Source of the DNA: Breznakia blatticola
Lineage (GTDB): Bacteria; Bacillota_I; Bacilli_A; Erysipelotrichales; Erysipelotrichaceae
DNA length: 32,000 nucleotides
Assembly: GCF_004365815.1 (NCBI RefSeq)
Contig: NZ_SODD01000002.1
Coordinates: forward strand, 98,348-130,347
Reading direction: 5' to 3'
Shown: in pieces, positions 1-8,920 of the stretch
How positions within the stretch are numbered: position 1 is the stretch's first letter
How the letters are laid out: every line of letters starts with the position of its first letter
The notes under the pieces: generated by a model
Told to the model about the DNA's origin: nothing
The model's input: the letters and a program-made list of their open reading frames with translations, nothing else
Databases searched by the model: none
Program-made: the position numbers and the translations under genes

Positions 1-414
1 ACAGGTATGGCATTCTCAAATGTTGGTCTTGGAGTTGTACATGGAATGGCACACCCACTAGGAGCATTCTATGGCACTGCACATGGTATTGCAAATGCAG
101 TATTACTTCCATATGTAATGGAATACAACAAAGATTACACTGGTGAAAAATATCGTGAAATTGCACGTGTAATGGGTGTGGCAAATGTAGATGAAATGTC
201 ACAAGACGAATATCGTCAAGCAGCAATTGATGCAGTAAAACAATTATCAAAAGATGTAAACATTCCAGCGACATTAAAAGAAATTGGAGTGAAAGAAGAA
301 GATTTAGGTGAACTTGCAACATCAGCAATGGCAGATGCATGTACACCAGGAAACCCAAGAGCTTGTAATTATGAAGAAGTTCTTGAAGTATACAAAAAAG
401 CGTATAACGGATAA
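1..414 (+). CDS. Iron-containing (group III) alcohol dehydrogenase, C-terminal fragment; 5' end lies outside the window
   Basis: The frame is open from base 1. The motif GVVHGMAHPLGAFYGTAHGIANAVLLPYVMEYN is the typical Fe-ADH metal-binding His region (FucO/DhaT-like). Stop codon at 412-414. Confidence 0.85.
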   Translation, partial: TGMAFSNVGLGVVHGMAHPLGAFYGTAHGIANAVLLPYVMEYNKDYTGEKYREIARVMGVANVDEMSQDEYRQAAIDAVKQLSKDVNIPATLKEIGVKEEDLGELATSAMADACTPGNPRACNYEEVLEVYKKAYNG

Positions 415-420
415 TTGAGT

Positions 421-453
421 AAAAGCCTGAAGAATTGAGTCTTCAGGCTTTTT
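421..453. terminator. Bidirectional rho-independent terminator between convergent genes
   Basis: Perfect 9-bp stem GCCTGAAGA (425-433) / TCTTCAGGC (440-448) with a 6-nt loop. It is flanked by AAAA upstream and TTTTT downstream. Confidence 0.8.
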
Positions 454-1174
454 AGAATAATGGTTTCCCATCGGATATGTTAATATCAAGTTCTTTAGCA
501 TACGTTGTTTGTTTAAATGGATTTACTTTTTCAATGATGCCATCACGTAGAAATTGTGAACCCGTGTTTTTAAACCAAAAGGTTTTATTTGCTTGCTTAC
601 ATTGTTCGTGCAAGTCTAATACCCACTGATAGTCGCAAACACGTGCTTCCCGGCTTGTTTCACCGCCAACCGAAACATGATCAATTGCATGTATGTAGTT
701 TGTTAAATCAATAGGACCGAGCAATGGTGCGCATGCAACAAAGCGTCGTTTTATCGGATATGAAATAAATAGAGGTAAGCGTTGATCTGCCATTTCTTGG
801 TTTTCAACTGTACAACCAATATTGACATTATCATAACCGTCTCCCCAATCTTCAGGTAGCGATTCATAAAAACGATCAATTCGTTTTGTGAGTATTAGAA
901 AATCGATATCTTGGCGTTCTTTGATCATCGCCCAAACTTCTTTTCGCATTTCATCCGCTTCTGGCAAGAAAAAATCAGTCGCAAAACAAGTAGCGAGTAT
1001 TTTATCTCCCTTGATATTGTATTCGCCATTTTTCTTTTTGCGAATTGGCCAATCAAATTTATCGGTTTTTGTTATTTCATTTTGACCATAACGTTTCGCG
1101 TGTGGTCCGTAAAAATAACAGTTTTTGCATCCATCACTTAATGGATAACATCCAGTCCATGGTTCCCAGTTCAT
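452..1174 (-). CDS. DUF5131 / phage Gp37-Gp68 family protein
   Basis: The N-terminus MNWEPWTGCYPLSDGCKNCY matches my memory of the DUF5131 signature (W-x-P-x-x-GC ... GC-x-NCY). AAAGGAGAT lies 5 nt upstream of the ATG at 1174, so the ORF-track start at 1198 is probably 8 codons too long. Confidence 0.65.
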   Translation of the reverse strand: MNWEPWTGCYPLSDGCKNCYFYGPHAKRYGQNEITKTDKFDWPIRKKKNGEYNIKGDKILATCFATDFFLPEADEMRKEVWAMIKERQDIDFLILTKRIDRFYESLPEDWGDGYDNVNIGCTVENQEMADQRLPLFISYPIKRRFVACAPLLGPIDLTNYIHAIDHVSVGGETSREARVCDYQWVLDLHEQCKQANKTFWFKNTGSQFLRDGIIEKVNPFKQTTYAKELDINISDGKPLF

Positions 1175-1287
1175 TGTATCTCCTTTATTGTTATACATTT
1201 ATTATATGCGTATTCATTCACTATATACAAGTATGAATCGCATGAAGTATAATATCTCTATTGTTTTACAAAAATGTGGGGGATTAT

Positions 1288-2178
1288 ATGAAAAAGCAAG
1301 ATCAAGTATTCGGTCATATCTTAGCTATGATAACTATTATTATTTGGGGAACTACCTATGTTTCAACAAAAGTACTTTTAGCGTATTTTTCTCCTGTCGA
1401 AATTTTGTTTATTCGTTTTGTGATTGCGTTCATTTTACTTTATTTGATGTATCCAAAACCAATCAAGATGGAAGCAAAGCATCAATTGCTTTTTGTAGGA
1501 GCAGGAATTAGTGGGATTACACTGTACTATTTACTTGAAAACATTGCACTAACTATGACAAGTGCTTCTAATGTTGGCATTATTATTACAATTGCACCAT
1601 TTTTCACAAGTATTCTTGCCACTATATTTCTTAAAACAGAAAAGCCAAAAATTCAGTTTTATATCGGTTTTGTTGCGGCAATGATTGGTGTAATACTTAT
1701 TAGTTTGCCTGGTGATCAAAGTATTTCATTGAATCCAGTAGGAGATTTTCTAGCCTTACTTGCTGCATTAGCGTGGGCAGTTTATTCCATATGTATTCGT
1801 AAAATTAGTGATTTGGGGTTTCCGACTATACAAATGACACGTCATATATTTATGTATGGATTACTATTTATGATGCCGTTTTTATTTTTTATGGATTTTC
1901 ATATTCAGCTTGAAGACTTTCAGTCTGTACCTGTAATTGCAAATCTACTATTTTTGAGTGTTGGGGCTTCTGCGATTTGTTTTGTGACATGGAATCAAGC
2001 AGTACGAATTCTTGGTGCTTTAAAAAGTAGTGTGTATATCTATGTAGTTCCGGTGGTAACACTTGTTTCTTCAGTTATCATTCTTGATGAGAAATTAACA
2101 CCAGTTTTACTTATTGGAGCAGGTTTAACCTTACTTGGATTATGGCTATCAGAAAGCAATCGCTTTATAAAGAAATAG
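1288..2178 (+). CDS. EamA/DMT-family (drug/metabolite) transporter
   Basis: About 10 predicted TM helices and two EamA-like halves. A GGGGGA RBS precedes the ATG at 1288; the ORF-track start at 1261 is a TTG without an RBS. Confidence 0.8.
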   Translation: MKKQDQVFGHILAMITIIIWGTTYVSTKVLLAYFSPVEILFIRFVIAFILLYLMYPKPIKMEAKHQLLFVGAGISGITLYYLLENIALTMTSASNVGIIITIAPFFTSILATIFLKTEKPKIQFYIGFVAAMIGVILISLPGDQSISLNPVGDFLALLAALAWAVYSICIRKISDLGFPTIQMTRHIFMYGLLFMMPFLFFMDFHIQLEDFQSVPVIANLLFLSVGASAICFVTWNQAVRILGALKSSVYIYVVPVVTLVSSVIILDEKLTPVLLIGAGLTLLGLWLSESNRFIKK

Positions 2179-2262
2179 TGTGCGAATTATGCGATGTACA
2201 TATTGTTTCATGTAGTATAAAGAAGTATAATGGGGAAAGATTTTTATTGGGGGGGAAAGCTT

Positions 2263-3615
2263 ATGAGTGGACGAAGTGATATGACTACTGGAAAGCCAAT
2301 GCGTATAATTGTGGCTTTCACCATGCCGATATTTTTAGGTGGATTATTTCAACAGTTTTATAATTTAGCAGATACGTTAATCGTTGGTCAATTTGTTGGT
2401 CATGAAGCATTAGCGGCAGTGGGATCTTGTGGAACGCTTGTGTTTTTAATCATTGGTTTTTTGATGGGACTAACAAGTGGGTTTGGGGTCGTGGTTGCCA
2501 ACTTCTTTGGTGCAAAAAATCATGAAGAAATCAAAAAGTCTTTTGCTATGGCATGTATTATTTCTATTGTCGTTTCTGTTATCCTAACATTTGTAAGTAT
2601 CTATTCTCTTGATGGAATATTAGAACTTATGAATACACCACAAGATATGTATCAAGATGCGTATGGATATATGTATATCATTTGCTTAGGGATTGTGTGG
2701 CAAGTGCTCTATAATTTACTAGCTGGATTATTGCGTGCAATTGGTGATAGTAAACGTCCATTATACTTTCTTGTGTTAGCTGCAGCTTTAAATGTCATTT
2801 TAGATTTAGTGTTTATTATTATATTTAAAATGCGAGCAGATGGGGCAGCACTAGCAACTGTAATTTCACAAGGTGTGTCTGGACTTTTATGTTTGTATTA
2901 CATACTTAAGAAAGTGCCAGAGTTTCATACACGTAAGAAGCATTGGCAATTAAATGGATATTTGATTCGTCGTGAACTTGCAATTGGATTACCCATGGCA
3001 TTACAGTTTTCAATTACTGCAATTGGAACCATCGTTGTACAAAGTGCACTAAATACACTTGGAAGCATTCCTGCTGCAGGTTTTGCAGCTGCAGTTAAAA
3101 TTGAACAAGTTGCAACACAGATGTTAGCATCTATAGGAACAACGATGGCAACGTATTGTGCACAAAACATGGGAGCAAGTCGTTTGGATCGAATCAAAGA
3201 AGGATTCAAAGCAGCAAATATCTTTGGAATTACATATTCCGTTGTTATTGGAATCGTTGTTATCTTTTTTGGTAAGTATGTAACGTATTTATTTGTAAGT
3301 AATCATGTGGATCGAATTATTGGTTATGTTGATACATATATGCTGTATGTAGGATTAACTTTTGTGCCATTACATATTATCTTATCGTATCGTAGTGGAA
3401 TTCAAGGAATGGGATTTGGTTTTCTACCGATGTTTGCAGGTGTCGTTGAACTACTTGCACGAATTGTTGTAGGGTTTATTGGTGCTGGTATGAAAAGCTA
3501 TGATGTGATTTGTTTAGCAAGTCCAGCGGCATGGATTACTGCTGCTTTATTTCTGTTAATCATTTATCGTTACATTATGAATCGTTATTCTAAAAACAAT
3601 AATCAATGGGTATAA
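2263..3615 (+). CDS. MATE-family efflux transporter
   Basis: N-terminus GKPMRIIVAFTMPIFLGGLFQQFYNLADTLIVGQ is typical of MATE/MurJ-like exporters, with 12 predicted TM helices. A GGGGGGGAAAG RBS sits before the ATG at 2263. Confidence 0.85.
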   Translation: MSGRSDMTTGKPMRIIVAFTMPIFLGGLFQQFYNLADTLIVGQFVGHEALAAVGSCGTLVFLIIGFLMGLTSGFGVVVANFFGAKNHEEIKKSFAMACIISIVVSVILTFVSIYSLDGILELMNTPQDMYQDAYGYMYIICLGIVWQVLYNLLAGLLRAIGDSKRPLYFLVLAAALNVILDLVFIIIFKMRADGAALATVISQGVSGLLCLYYILKKVPEFHTRKKHWQLNGYLIRRELAIGLPMALQFSITAIGTIVVQSALNTLGSIPAAGFAAAVKIEQVATQMLASIGTTMATYCAQNMGASRLDRIKEGFKAANIFGITYSVVIGIVVIFFGKYVTYLFVSNHVDRIIGYVDTYMLYVGLTFVPLHIILSYRSGIQGMGFGFLPMFAGVVELLARIVVGFIGAGMKSYDVICLASPAAWITAALFLLIIYRYIMNRYSKNNNQWV

Positions 3616-3616
3616 G

Positions 3617-3652
3617 AAAAGGGTGAACTTCATATCGGAGTTCATCCTTTTT
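3617..3652. terminator. Bidirectional rho-independent terminator (MATE gene / lacR convergent)
   Basis: Stem GGGTGAACT (3621-3629) / AGTTCATCC (3639-3647) with one G-U pair and a 9-nt loop. AAAA lies upstream and TTTTT downstream. Confidence 0.7.
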
Positions 3653-4418
3653 AAAACTTTGTACTTGCGATAATAATGTCAGTATATTGTTGGTAGTGTT
3701 CTTGCGTATCTTTGCTTAGATTTTGATCGGTGATAATTGCATCAAAATCATGTAAATCATAGTATACATAAAAATCCTCACGATTAAACTTTTTATAGTC
3801 TGCAAGTAAATATCGATTGCGAGAATTGCTTAAAGCAATTGCCTGAACTTCACCTTCTTCAAGTGAGTATGTTGTAATTTGACTATTGAAAATACCATTA
3901 CAACCAATAAAAGCTTTTGTATATTTCAATTTAAGTAAAATGGAATTTGCAATAGGACCGACAAAGGCTCCCGTATGACTACGATATTCACCACCTGTAA
4001 GAATTACTTCTGTTGGTTTGTGATTAATGAGCGTTTCAAATACAGGGTAACTGTTTGTAACTACGCGAATGTTTCTACCGCGAATTCGGTTTGCCAACAT
4101 TTCAATCGTTGTTCCTGGTCCTAAGAAAATAGTCTCTCCTTCTTTTATAAGGGAACTCGCATGTTTTACGATTTGCTGTTTTTCTATAGATTGAACAGTT
4201 GCTTTTTCAACGTGTGACAATTCATGGTCTAATGAAAAGGTTAAACTCTGCGCACCACCATGTATACGTAGAAGTTTCCCGGATTTCTCAAGTTCATCTA
4301 AGTCACGTCGCACAGTCATATCTGATACATCAAGTGCATTGATAATATCATTTACAGTTACAATTCCAAATTCGTTTACCATGTTGCATATTTTTAATAA
4401 ACGTTCTCTTTTTAACAT
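3651..4418 (-). CDS. lacR: DeoR-family transcriptional repressor, LacR-like
   Basis: N-terminal DeoR HTH (VTVNDIINALDVSDMTVRRDLDELEKSGKLLRIHGGA) plus a C-terminal sugar-phosphate sensor domain. It is 255 aa and divergent from lacFEG, as LacR is in staphylococci and lactococci. Confidence 0.75.
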   Translation of the reverse strand: MLKRERLLKICNMVNEFGIVTVNDIINALDVSDMTVRRDLDELEKSGKLLRIHGGAQSLTFSLDHELSHVEKATVQSIEKQQIVKHASSLIKEGETIFLGPGTTIEMLANRIRGRNIRVVTNSYPVFETLINHKPTEVILTGGEYRSHTGAFVGPIANSILLKLKYTKAFIGCNGIFNSQITTYSLEEGEVQAIALSNSRNRYLLADYKKFNREDFYVYYDLHDFDAIITDQNLSKDTQEHYQQYTDIIIASTKF

Positions 4419-4455
4419 GTTCTATCTCCTATATTTATAGTTTCTATCTACTTTG

Positions 4456-4484
4456 AATATACACCCTGATATACTCATAGTCAA
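4456..4484 (-). promoter_or_regulatory. Sigma-A-type promoter for lacR
   Basis: The minus strand reads TTGACT, 17 nt, TATATT. An AGGAGA RBS precedes the ATG at 4418. Confidence 0.5.
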
Positions 4485-4586
4485 CAAGAAACAAACAAAA
4501 ACAAACAATTATTATAGTTCTGTGTCGAAAATCAAACAAATATTGAAATTAATGCGTTTTTATTTGATTAAAAATGTTTGGAAGTG

Positions 4587-4615
4587 TTGACTCATTTTTT
4601 GTGAGCGTTTACAAT
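4587..4615 (+). promoter_or_regulatory. Sigma-A-type promoter for lacFEG
   Basis: TTGACT (4587-4592), a 17-nt spacer, then TACAAT (4610-4615). Confidence 0.6.
4600..4613. promoter_or_regulatory. cre-like (CcpA / LacI-family) operator overlapping the lacF promoter spacer and -10
   Basis: TGTGAGCGTTTACA matches the cre consensus TGWAANCGNTNWCA at 13 of 14 positions. Confidence 0.55.
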
Positions 4616-4778
4616 TTGAATATACAAGGAATTCAAACTTTTGCTTCATAGGGGAAGTATATATGAGATTGATACGTGTTGGCTCTTATGCATATGAATC
4701 TTATATATATGAAAGAGCTTCTATTGTTTGAAACGAATTACCGATGTATCAAAATTTAAAAGTAAGGAGAAATAATCG

Positions 4779-5099
4779 ATGGAAAAAAGCGAATTGATTA
4801 TGGTAGGTTTTGAAATCGTAGCCTACGCAGGAGATGCAAGAAGTTCACTTCTTGAATTATTAAAAGAAGTAAGAAAAGGAAATTTTGAAAATGTGGATGC
4901 ACGATTACAGGAAGCTGATGAAAATCTTAATCTTGCACATCAAGCACAAACAAAGATTTTAGCTGAGGAAGCAGCTGGTCAAGAAATGGAACTTGGATTT
5001 ATTTTTATTCACTCACAAGACCATTTAATGACTACGATTTTACTAAGAGATATCGTTACTGATTTTATTGAACTTTACAAACAAAAGGAGGAGAAATAA
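4779..5099 (+). CDS. lacF: PTS lactose/cellobiose-family EIIA
   Basis: 106 aa with the phospho-His motif IHSQDHLMT. AAGGAGA RBS. It lies immediately upstream of lacE. Confidence 0.85.
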   Translation: MEKSELIMVGFEIVAYAGDARSSLLELLKEVRKGNFENVDARLQEADENLNLAHQAQTKILAEEAAGQEMELGFIFIHSQDHLMTTILLRDIVTDFIELYKQKEEK

Positions 5100-5101
5100 A
5101 T

Positions 5102-6760
5102 ATGGGGGGAATTATTCGCCAAATTGAAAAAGCAAAACCGTTTTTTGATAAATTAGCACAAAACATTTATTTAGGGGCAATTAGAGATGGATTTTTAACA
5201 GCAATGCCTGCAATTCTATTCTCTAGTGTATTCATTCTAGCAGCAGCAATTCCTGAAATTTTCGGATTTGCATGGCCAGAGGAAGTATCTACTTGGTTAT
5301 GGAAAGTATATGGATATACGATGGGAGTTGTTGGGTTGCTTGTAACTGCAACAACAGCACGTTGTTTAGCAGAATCAATGAACCGTAAAATGCCACAAAA
5401 CAAAAAGATCAATCCAGTATCCGTTATGTTGGCAAGTATTTGTGGATTCTTATTCCTAAGTGTTGCGCAAGTTGATGGAAACTTCTCAACTGCGTTCATG
5501 GGAACAAAAGGTTTAATTGCAAGTTTTATCGCAGCATTTATTACATGTTGGGTATATCGTTTCTGTGTTAAGAAAGACATTACGATTCGTATGCCTAAAG
5601 AAGTTCCAGGAACAATATCACAAATGTTTAGAGATATTTTCCCATTCTCATTTGCAGTACTTATTTGTGTGATTATTGATGTTGTTACTACATATACAGT
5701 AGGAACGACATTTGCTGAAGCAGTCATTACATTATTACAACCATTATTTAGTGCTGCTGATGGATATTTAGGGATTTGTATTATTTGGGGAGCTATGGCA
5801 ATGTTCTGGTTTGTTGGAGTACATGGACCATCAATTGTTGAACCTGCAATTGCCGCAATTATTTATGCAAATGTAGAAACAAACTTACAGTTATTCAAAG
5901 CAGGTGAACATGCATCAAATGTACTTACAGTTGGGTTAGGAAACTTTGTTGGTACGATGGGTGGTACAGGAGCTACATTAGTTGTTCCATTCTTATTCAT
6001 GTTATTTGCAAGATCAAAACAATTAAAAGCAGTTGGTAAAGCATCATTTGTGCCTGTATGTTTTGCAGTAAATGAGCCATTGCTATTTGCTACACCGATT
6101 GTATTGAACCCATACTTCTTTGTGCCATTTTTATTAGCACCAATGGTAAATGTTAGTATCTTCAAGTTCTTTGTAGATGTCTTGAATATGGATTCATTTA
6201 TGTACGTACTTCCATGGGCAACGCCAGCACCAGTTGGGTTGATCCTTGGAACCGGAGTTAGTATTTTAGCAGTTGTATTAGCAGTTGTTCTTATTGTTGT
6301 GGATTCAATAATATATTTACCATTTATTAAAGCATATGATGATAGTTTACTAATCGAAGAAGCGCAAAAGGCAAAAGAACTTGAAACGATGGATGCACAA
6401 GAGACAACAGTTACAGTAGAAAAAGTACGTAAAGAACTTACAGATAATGTAAATGTACTTGTACTTTGCGTTGGTGCAGGAACAAGTGCAATGTTTGCAA
6501 ATGCAATTGAAGAAGGTGCAAAAGAATCTGGAACACCAATGACTGCACAAGCTGGAGCGTATGGGTCACATTATGACATTCTTAAAAACTTCGATGTTGT
6601 GGTTTTATCACCACAAGTTCAATCGCACTTAGATGAAGTCAAAGATGCAGCAAAAGATTTAGGTATTAAAGTTGTAGCAACAAAAGGTGCACAGTATATC
6701 GCATTAACAAAAGATCCAAAAGGAGCTGTGAACTTTATTTTGGATGTATTAGAAAAATAA
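5102..6760 (+). CDS. lacE: PTS lactose-family EIICB
   Basis: A polytopic EIIC domain followed by a C-terminal EIIB domain with the phospho-Cys motif VLVLCVGAGTSAMFAN. AAGGAGGAG RBS. Confidence 0.9.
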   Translation: MGGIIRQIEKAKPFFDKLAQNIYLGAIRDGFLTAMPAILFSSVFILAAAIPEIFGFAWPEEVSTWLWKVYGYTMGVVGLLVTATTARCLAESMNRKMPQNKKINPVSVMLASICGFLFLSVAQVDGNFSTAFMGTKGLIASFIAAFITCWVYRFCVKKDITIRMPKEVPGTISQMFRDIFPFSFAVLICVIIDVVTTYTVGTTFAEAVITLLQPLFSAADGYLGICIIWGAMAMFWFVGVHGPSIVEPAIAAIIYANVETNLQLFKAGEHASNVLTVGLGNFVGTMGGTGATLVVPFLFMLFARSKQLKAVGKASFVPVCFAVNEPLLFATPIVLNPYFFVPFLLAPMVNVSIFKFFVDVLNMDSFMYVLPWATPAPVGLILGTGVSILAVVLAVVLIVVDSIIYLPFIKAYDDSLLIEEAQKAKELETMDAQETTVTVEKVRKELTDNVNVLVLCVGAGTSAMFANAIEEGAKESGTPMTAQAGAYGSHYDILKNFDVVVLSPQVQSHLDEVKDAAKDLGIKVVATKGAQYIALTKDPKGAVNFILDVLEK

Positions 6761-6828
6761 AAATAATGAATACGGAAAGTAACTTAACTGTTACTTTCCA
6801 AATATAGGTTTGAAATTTGGAGGTAAAC

Positions 6829-8232
6829 ATGAAATTCGCAGAAGATTTTATTTTTGGTGGAGCGACTGCAGCATATCAATGTGAAGGAAGCACACGAGCA
6901 TATGGAAAAGGGGCTGTGTCTTGGGATGAGTTTTTAGAAGAAAAAGGACGATTCCAAGCAAATCCAGCAAGTGATTTCTATCATCAATATCCAGTTGATT
7001 TGAAGTTGTGCAAAATGTTTGGAGTTAATGGAATTCGTATTTCTATTTCTTGGGCAAGAATCTTTCCAGATGGAACTGGCGCTATCAATCAACAAGGTAT
7101 TGATTACTATCATGATGTGTTTAAGGAATGTCGCAAGAACGGGGTTGAACCATTTGTTACATTACATCATTTTGATACACCTATCGGATTGTACAAAAAC
7201 GGAGATTTCTTAAGTAATGATACCATTGATGCATTTGTGAAATATGCAGCATTCTGCTTTGAAGAATACAAAGATGAAGTCACATATTGGTTTACTTTCA
7301 ATGAAATATGGGCAGTTGCAACAAATCAATATATTGAAGGGACGTTTCCATATGGAGAAAAATACAATGTAACCAAAGCATTTCAAGCCATGCATAATAT
7401 GATGCTAGCGCATGCAAAAGCAGTCTTGGTGTATAAAGAAAAAAACTATGAAGGAAAAATCGGTGTTGTACAATCACTTGAGTATAAATATCCGTTTAAT
7501 GAGTTGAAAATTGAAGATATTCAAGCAGCCAAAAATGAAGATGTGTTGCAAAATCAATTTTTACTTGATGCTACATTCTTAGGGGAATACAGTTGTGAGA
7601 CATTAGAAATTGCAAATAAATTAGCATCTTTACAAGGTGGGAAGATTATCATTCGTGATGAAGATTTAGAAGTGATGCGTAAAGCAGCAAAGGTAAATGA
7701 CTATCTTGGAATGAACTATTATCAAAGTCGTTTCATTCAAGCGTATGATGGAGAAAACGATATTTTCCATAATGGAACTGGTGAGAAAGGTACCTCTCGA
7801 TTCCGTTTGCAAGGCGTTGGGGAACGTATGGAAAAAGATGGAATTGATCGTACGGATTGGGATTGGTTAATCCATCCTGAAAGTATGTTTGATATGTTAC
7901 TTCGAATTAAGTTACAGTATCCAAACTATAAAGAAATCTATATCACAGAAAACGGTATGGGTTACAAAGATGATTTTGAAGATGGGATTATTGATGATAC
8001 ACCAAGAATTGACTATGTAAGAAGACACTTATATTACTTGCTTAAAGCAGTAGAATCAGGAGTAAATGTAAAAGGATATTTTATCTGGTCGTTAATGGAT
8101 ATGTTCTCATGGACAAATGGATACAATAAGCGTTATGGTCTATTCTACATTGACTATGAAAGTCAAAAACGTTATCCAAAAGCATCTGCATATTGGTATA
8201 AACGTATCTCACAAACAAAGGAGTTAGAATGA
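6829..8232 (+). CDS. lacG: 6-phospho-beta-galactosidase (GH1)
   Basis: Colinear with staphylococcal/lactococcal LacG as I remember it: DFIFGGATAAYQ, the TFNEI acid/base motif, the ITENG nucleophile, RTDWDW, and YFIWSLMD.FSW.NGY.KRYGLFY.D. TTGGAGGT RBS before the ATG at 6829; the ORF-track start at 6817 is a TTG inside the RBS. Confidence 0.9.
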   Translation: MKFAEDFIFGGATAAYQCEGSTRAYGKGAVSWDEFLEEKGRFQANPASDFYHQYPVDLKLCKMFGVNGIRISISWARIFPDGTGAINQQGIDYYHDVFKECRKNGVEPFVTLHHFDTPIGLYKNGDFLSNDTIDAFVKYAAFCFEEYKDEVTYWFTFNEIWAVATNQYIEGTFPYGEKYNVTKAFQAMHNMMLAHAKAVLVYKEKNYEGKIGVVQSLEYKYPFNELKIEDIQAAKNEDVLQNQFLLDATFLGEYSCETLEIANKLASLQGGKIIIRDEDLEVMRKAAKVNDYLGMNYYQSRFIQAYDGENDIFHNGTGEKGTSRFRLQGVGERMEKDGIDRTDWDWLIHPESMFDMLLRIKLQYPNYKEIYITENGMGYKDDFEDGIIDDTPRIDYVRRHLYYLLKAVESGVNVKGYFIWSLMDMFSWTNGYNKRYGLFYIDYESQKRYPKASAYWYKRISQTKELE

Positions 8233-8888
8233 ATATAGATTATAAAGCAGTCATTTTCGATTTCAATGGAACGTTGTTTTTTGATAACGACAAACATATT
8301 AAAGCGTGGGGAGAAATTTCAAAAAAACTACGTGGAATCGAACTTCAAGAAGCTGAGTTGTTGGAACACATTAATGGTGTTCCAAACAACAAAGTTATCC
8401 AATATATGTTGGATGGTAAAGCTACTGCCCAACAGATGGAACAGTATTCCTTACTAAAAGAAGAAATATATAGAGATTTTTGTAAGAAAGATACGGATAC
8501 ATTTCATTTGGTTAAGGGGAGTGTAGAATATTTTGATAAACTCAAAAGCCAAAATATACCATTTACAATAGCAAGTGCATCAATAAAGGAAAACATCGAT
8601 TTCTTTATAGAATCTTTTGGCTTAGATGTTTGGATTCAACCATCTGATATTATATTTGATGATGGAACTTATAAAAACAAAGTTGCAATGTTTAAAAATG
8701 CAGCAAAAAAATTACATACACCAATTGAAGATATTCTAGTTATCGAAGATTCTATCAGTGGGATAAAAAATGCAGCAGAAGCTGGATGTCGCAATATTGT
8801 TGTGGTCGATTCAGCAAATCAATATGAGATTTATAAGAAACTACCTTATGTAAAAAAGGTAATTAAGGATTTTACAGAATTAGTATAA
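8229..8888 (+). CDS. HAD-IA (beta-phosphoglucomutase-like) hydrolase / sugar phosphatase
   Basis: Motif I is VIFDFNGTLF, motif II IASAS, a Lys-rich motif III, and motif IV VIEDSISGI. The start ATG overlaps the lacG stop (ATGA, 8229-8232). Confidence 0.75.
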   Translation: MNIDYKAVIFDFNGTLFFDNDKHIKAWGEISKKLRGIELQEAELLEHINGVPNNKVIQYMLDGKATAQQMEQYSLLKEEIYRDFCKKDTDTFHLVKGSVEYFDKLKSQNIPFTIASASIKENIDFFIESFGLDVWIQPSDIIFDDGTYKNKVAMFKNAAKKLHTPIEDILVIEDSISGIKNAAEAGCRNIVVVDSANQYEIYKKLPYVKKVIKDFTELV

Positions 8889-8920
8889 GTAAAATTCATG
8901 TGTGAAAAAAGGGGACAAAA

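Noticed and set aside
888-1511. Plus-strand ORFs 888-1085, 911-1141, 1045-1236 and 1188-1511 from the ORF track
   Set aside because: The first three lie antisense within the DUF5131 gene. The fourth spans the intergenic promoter region and overlaps the EamA gene out of frame. Their translations are low-complexity F/I/S-rich, none has an RBS, and the opposite or overlapping frames carry recognisable protein families.
5167-6550. Minus-strand ORFs 5167-5727 (186 aa), 5863-6165 and 6350-6550
   Set aside because: They are shadow ORFs antisense to lacE, whose plus-strand frame has clear EIIC/EIIB motifs. No RBS or promoter is present, and their composition mirrors the sense-strand codon bias.
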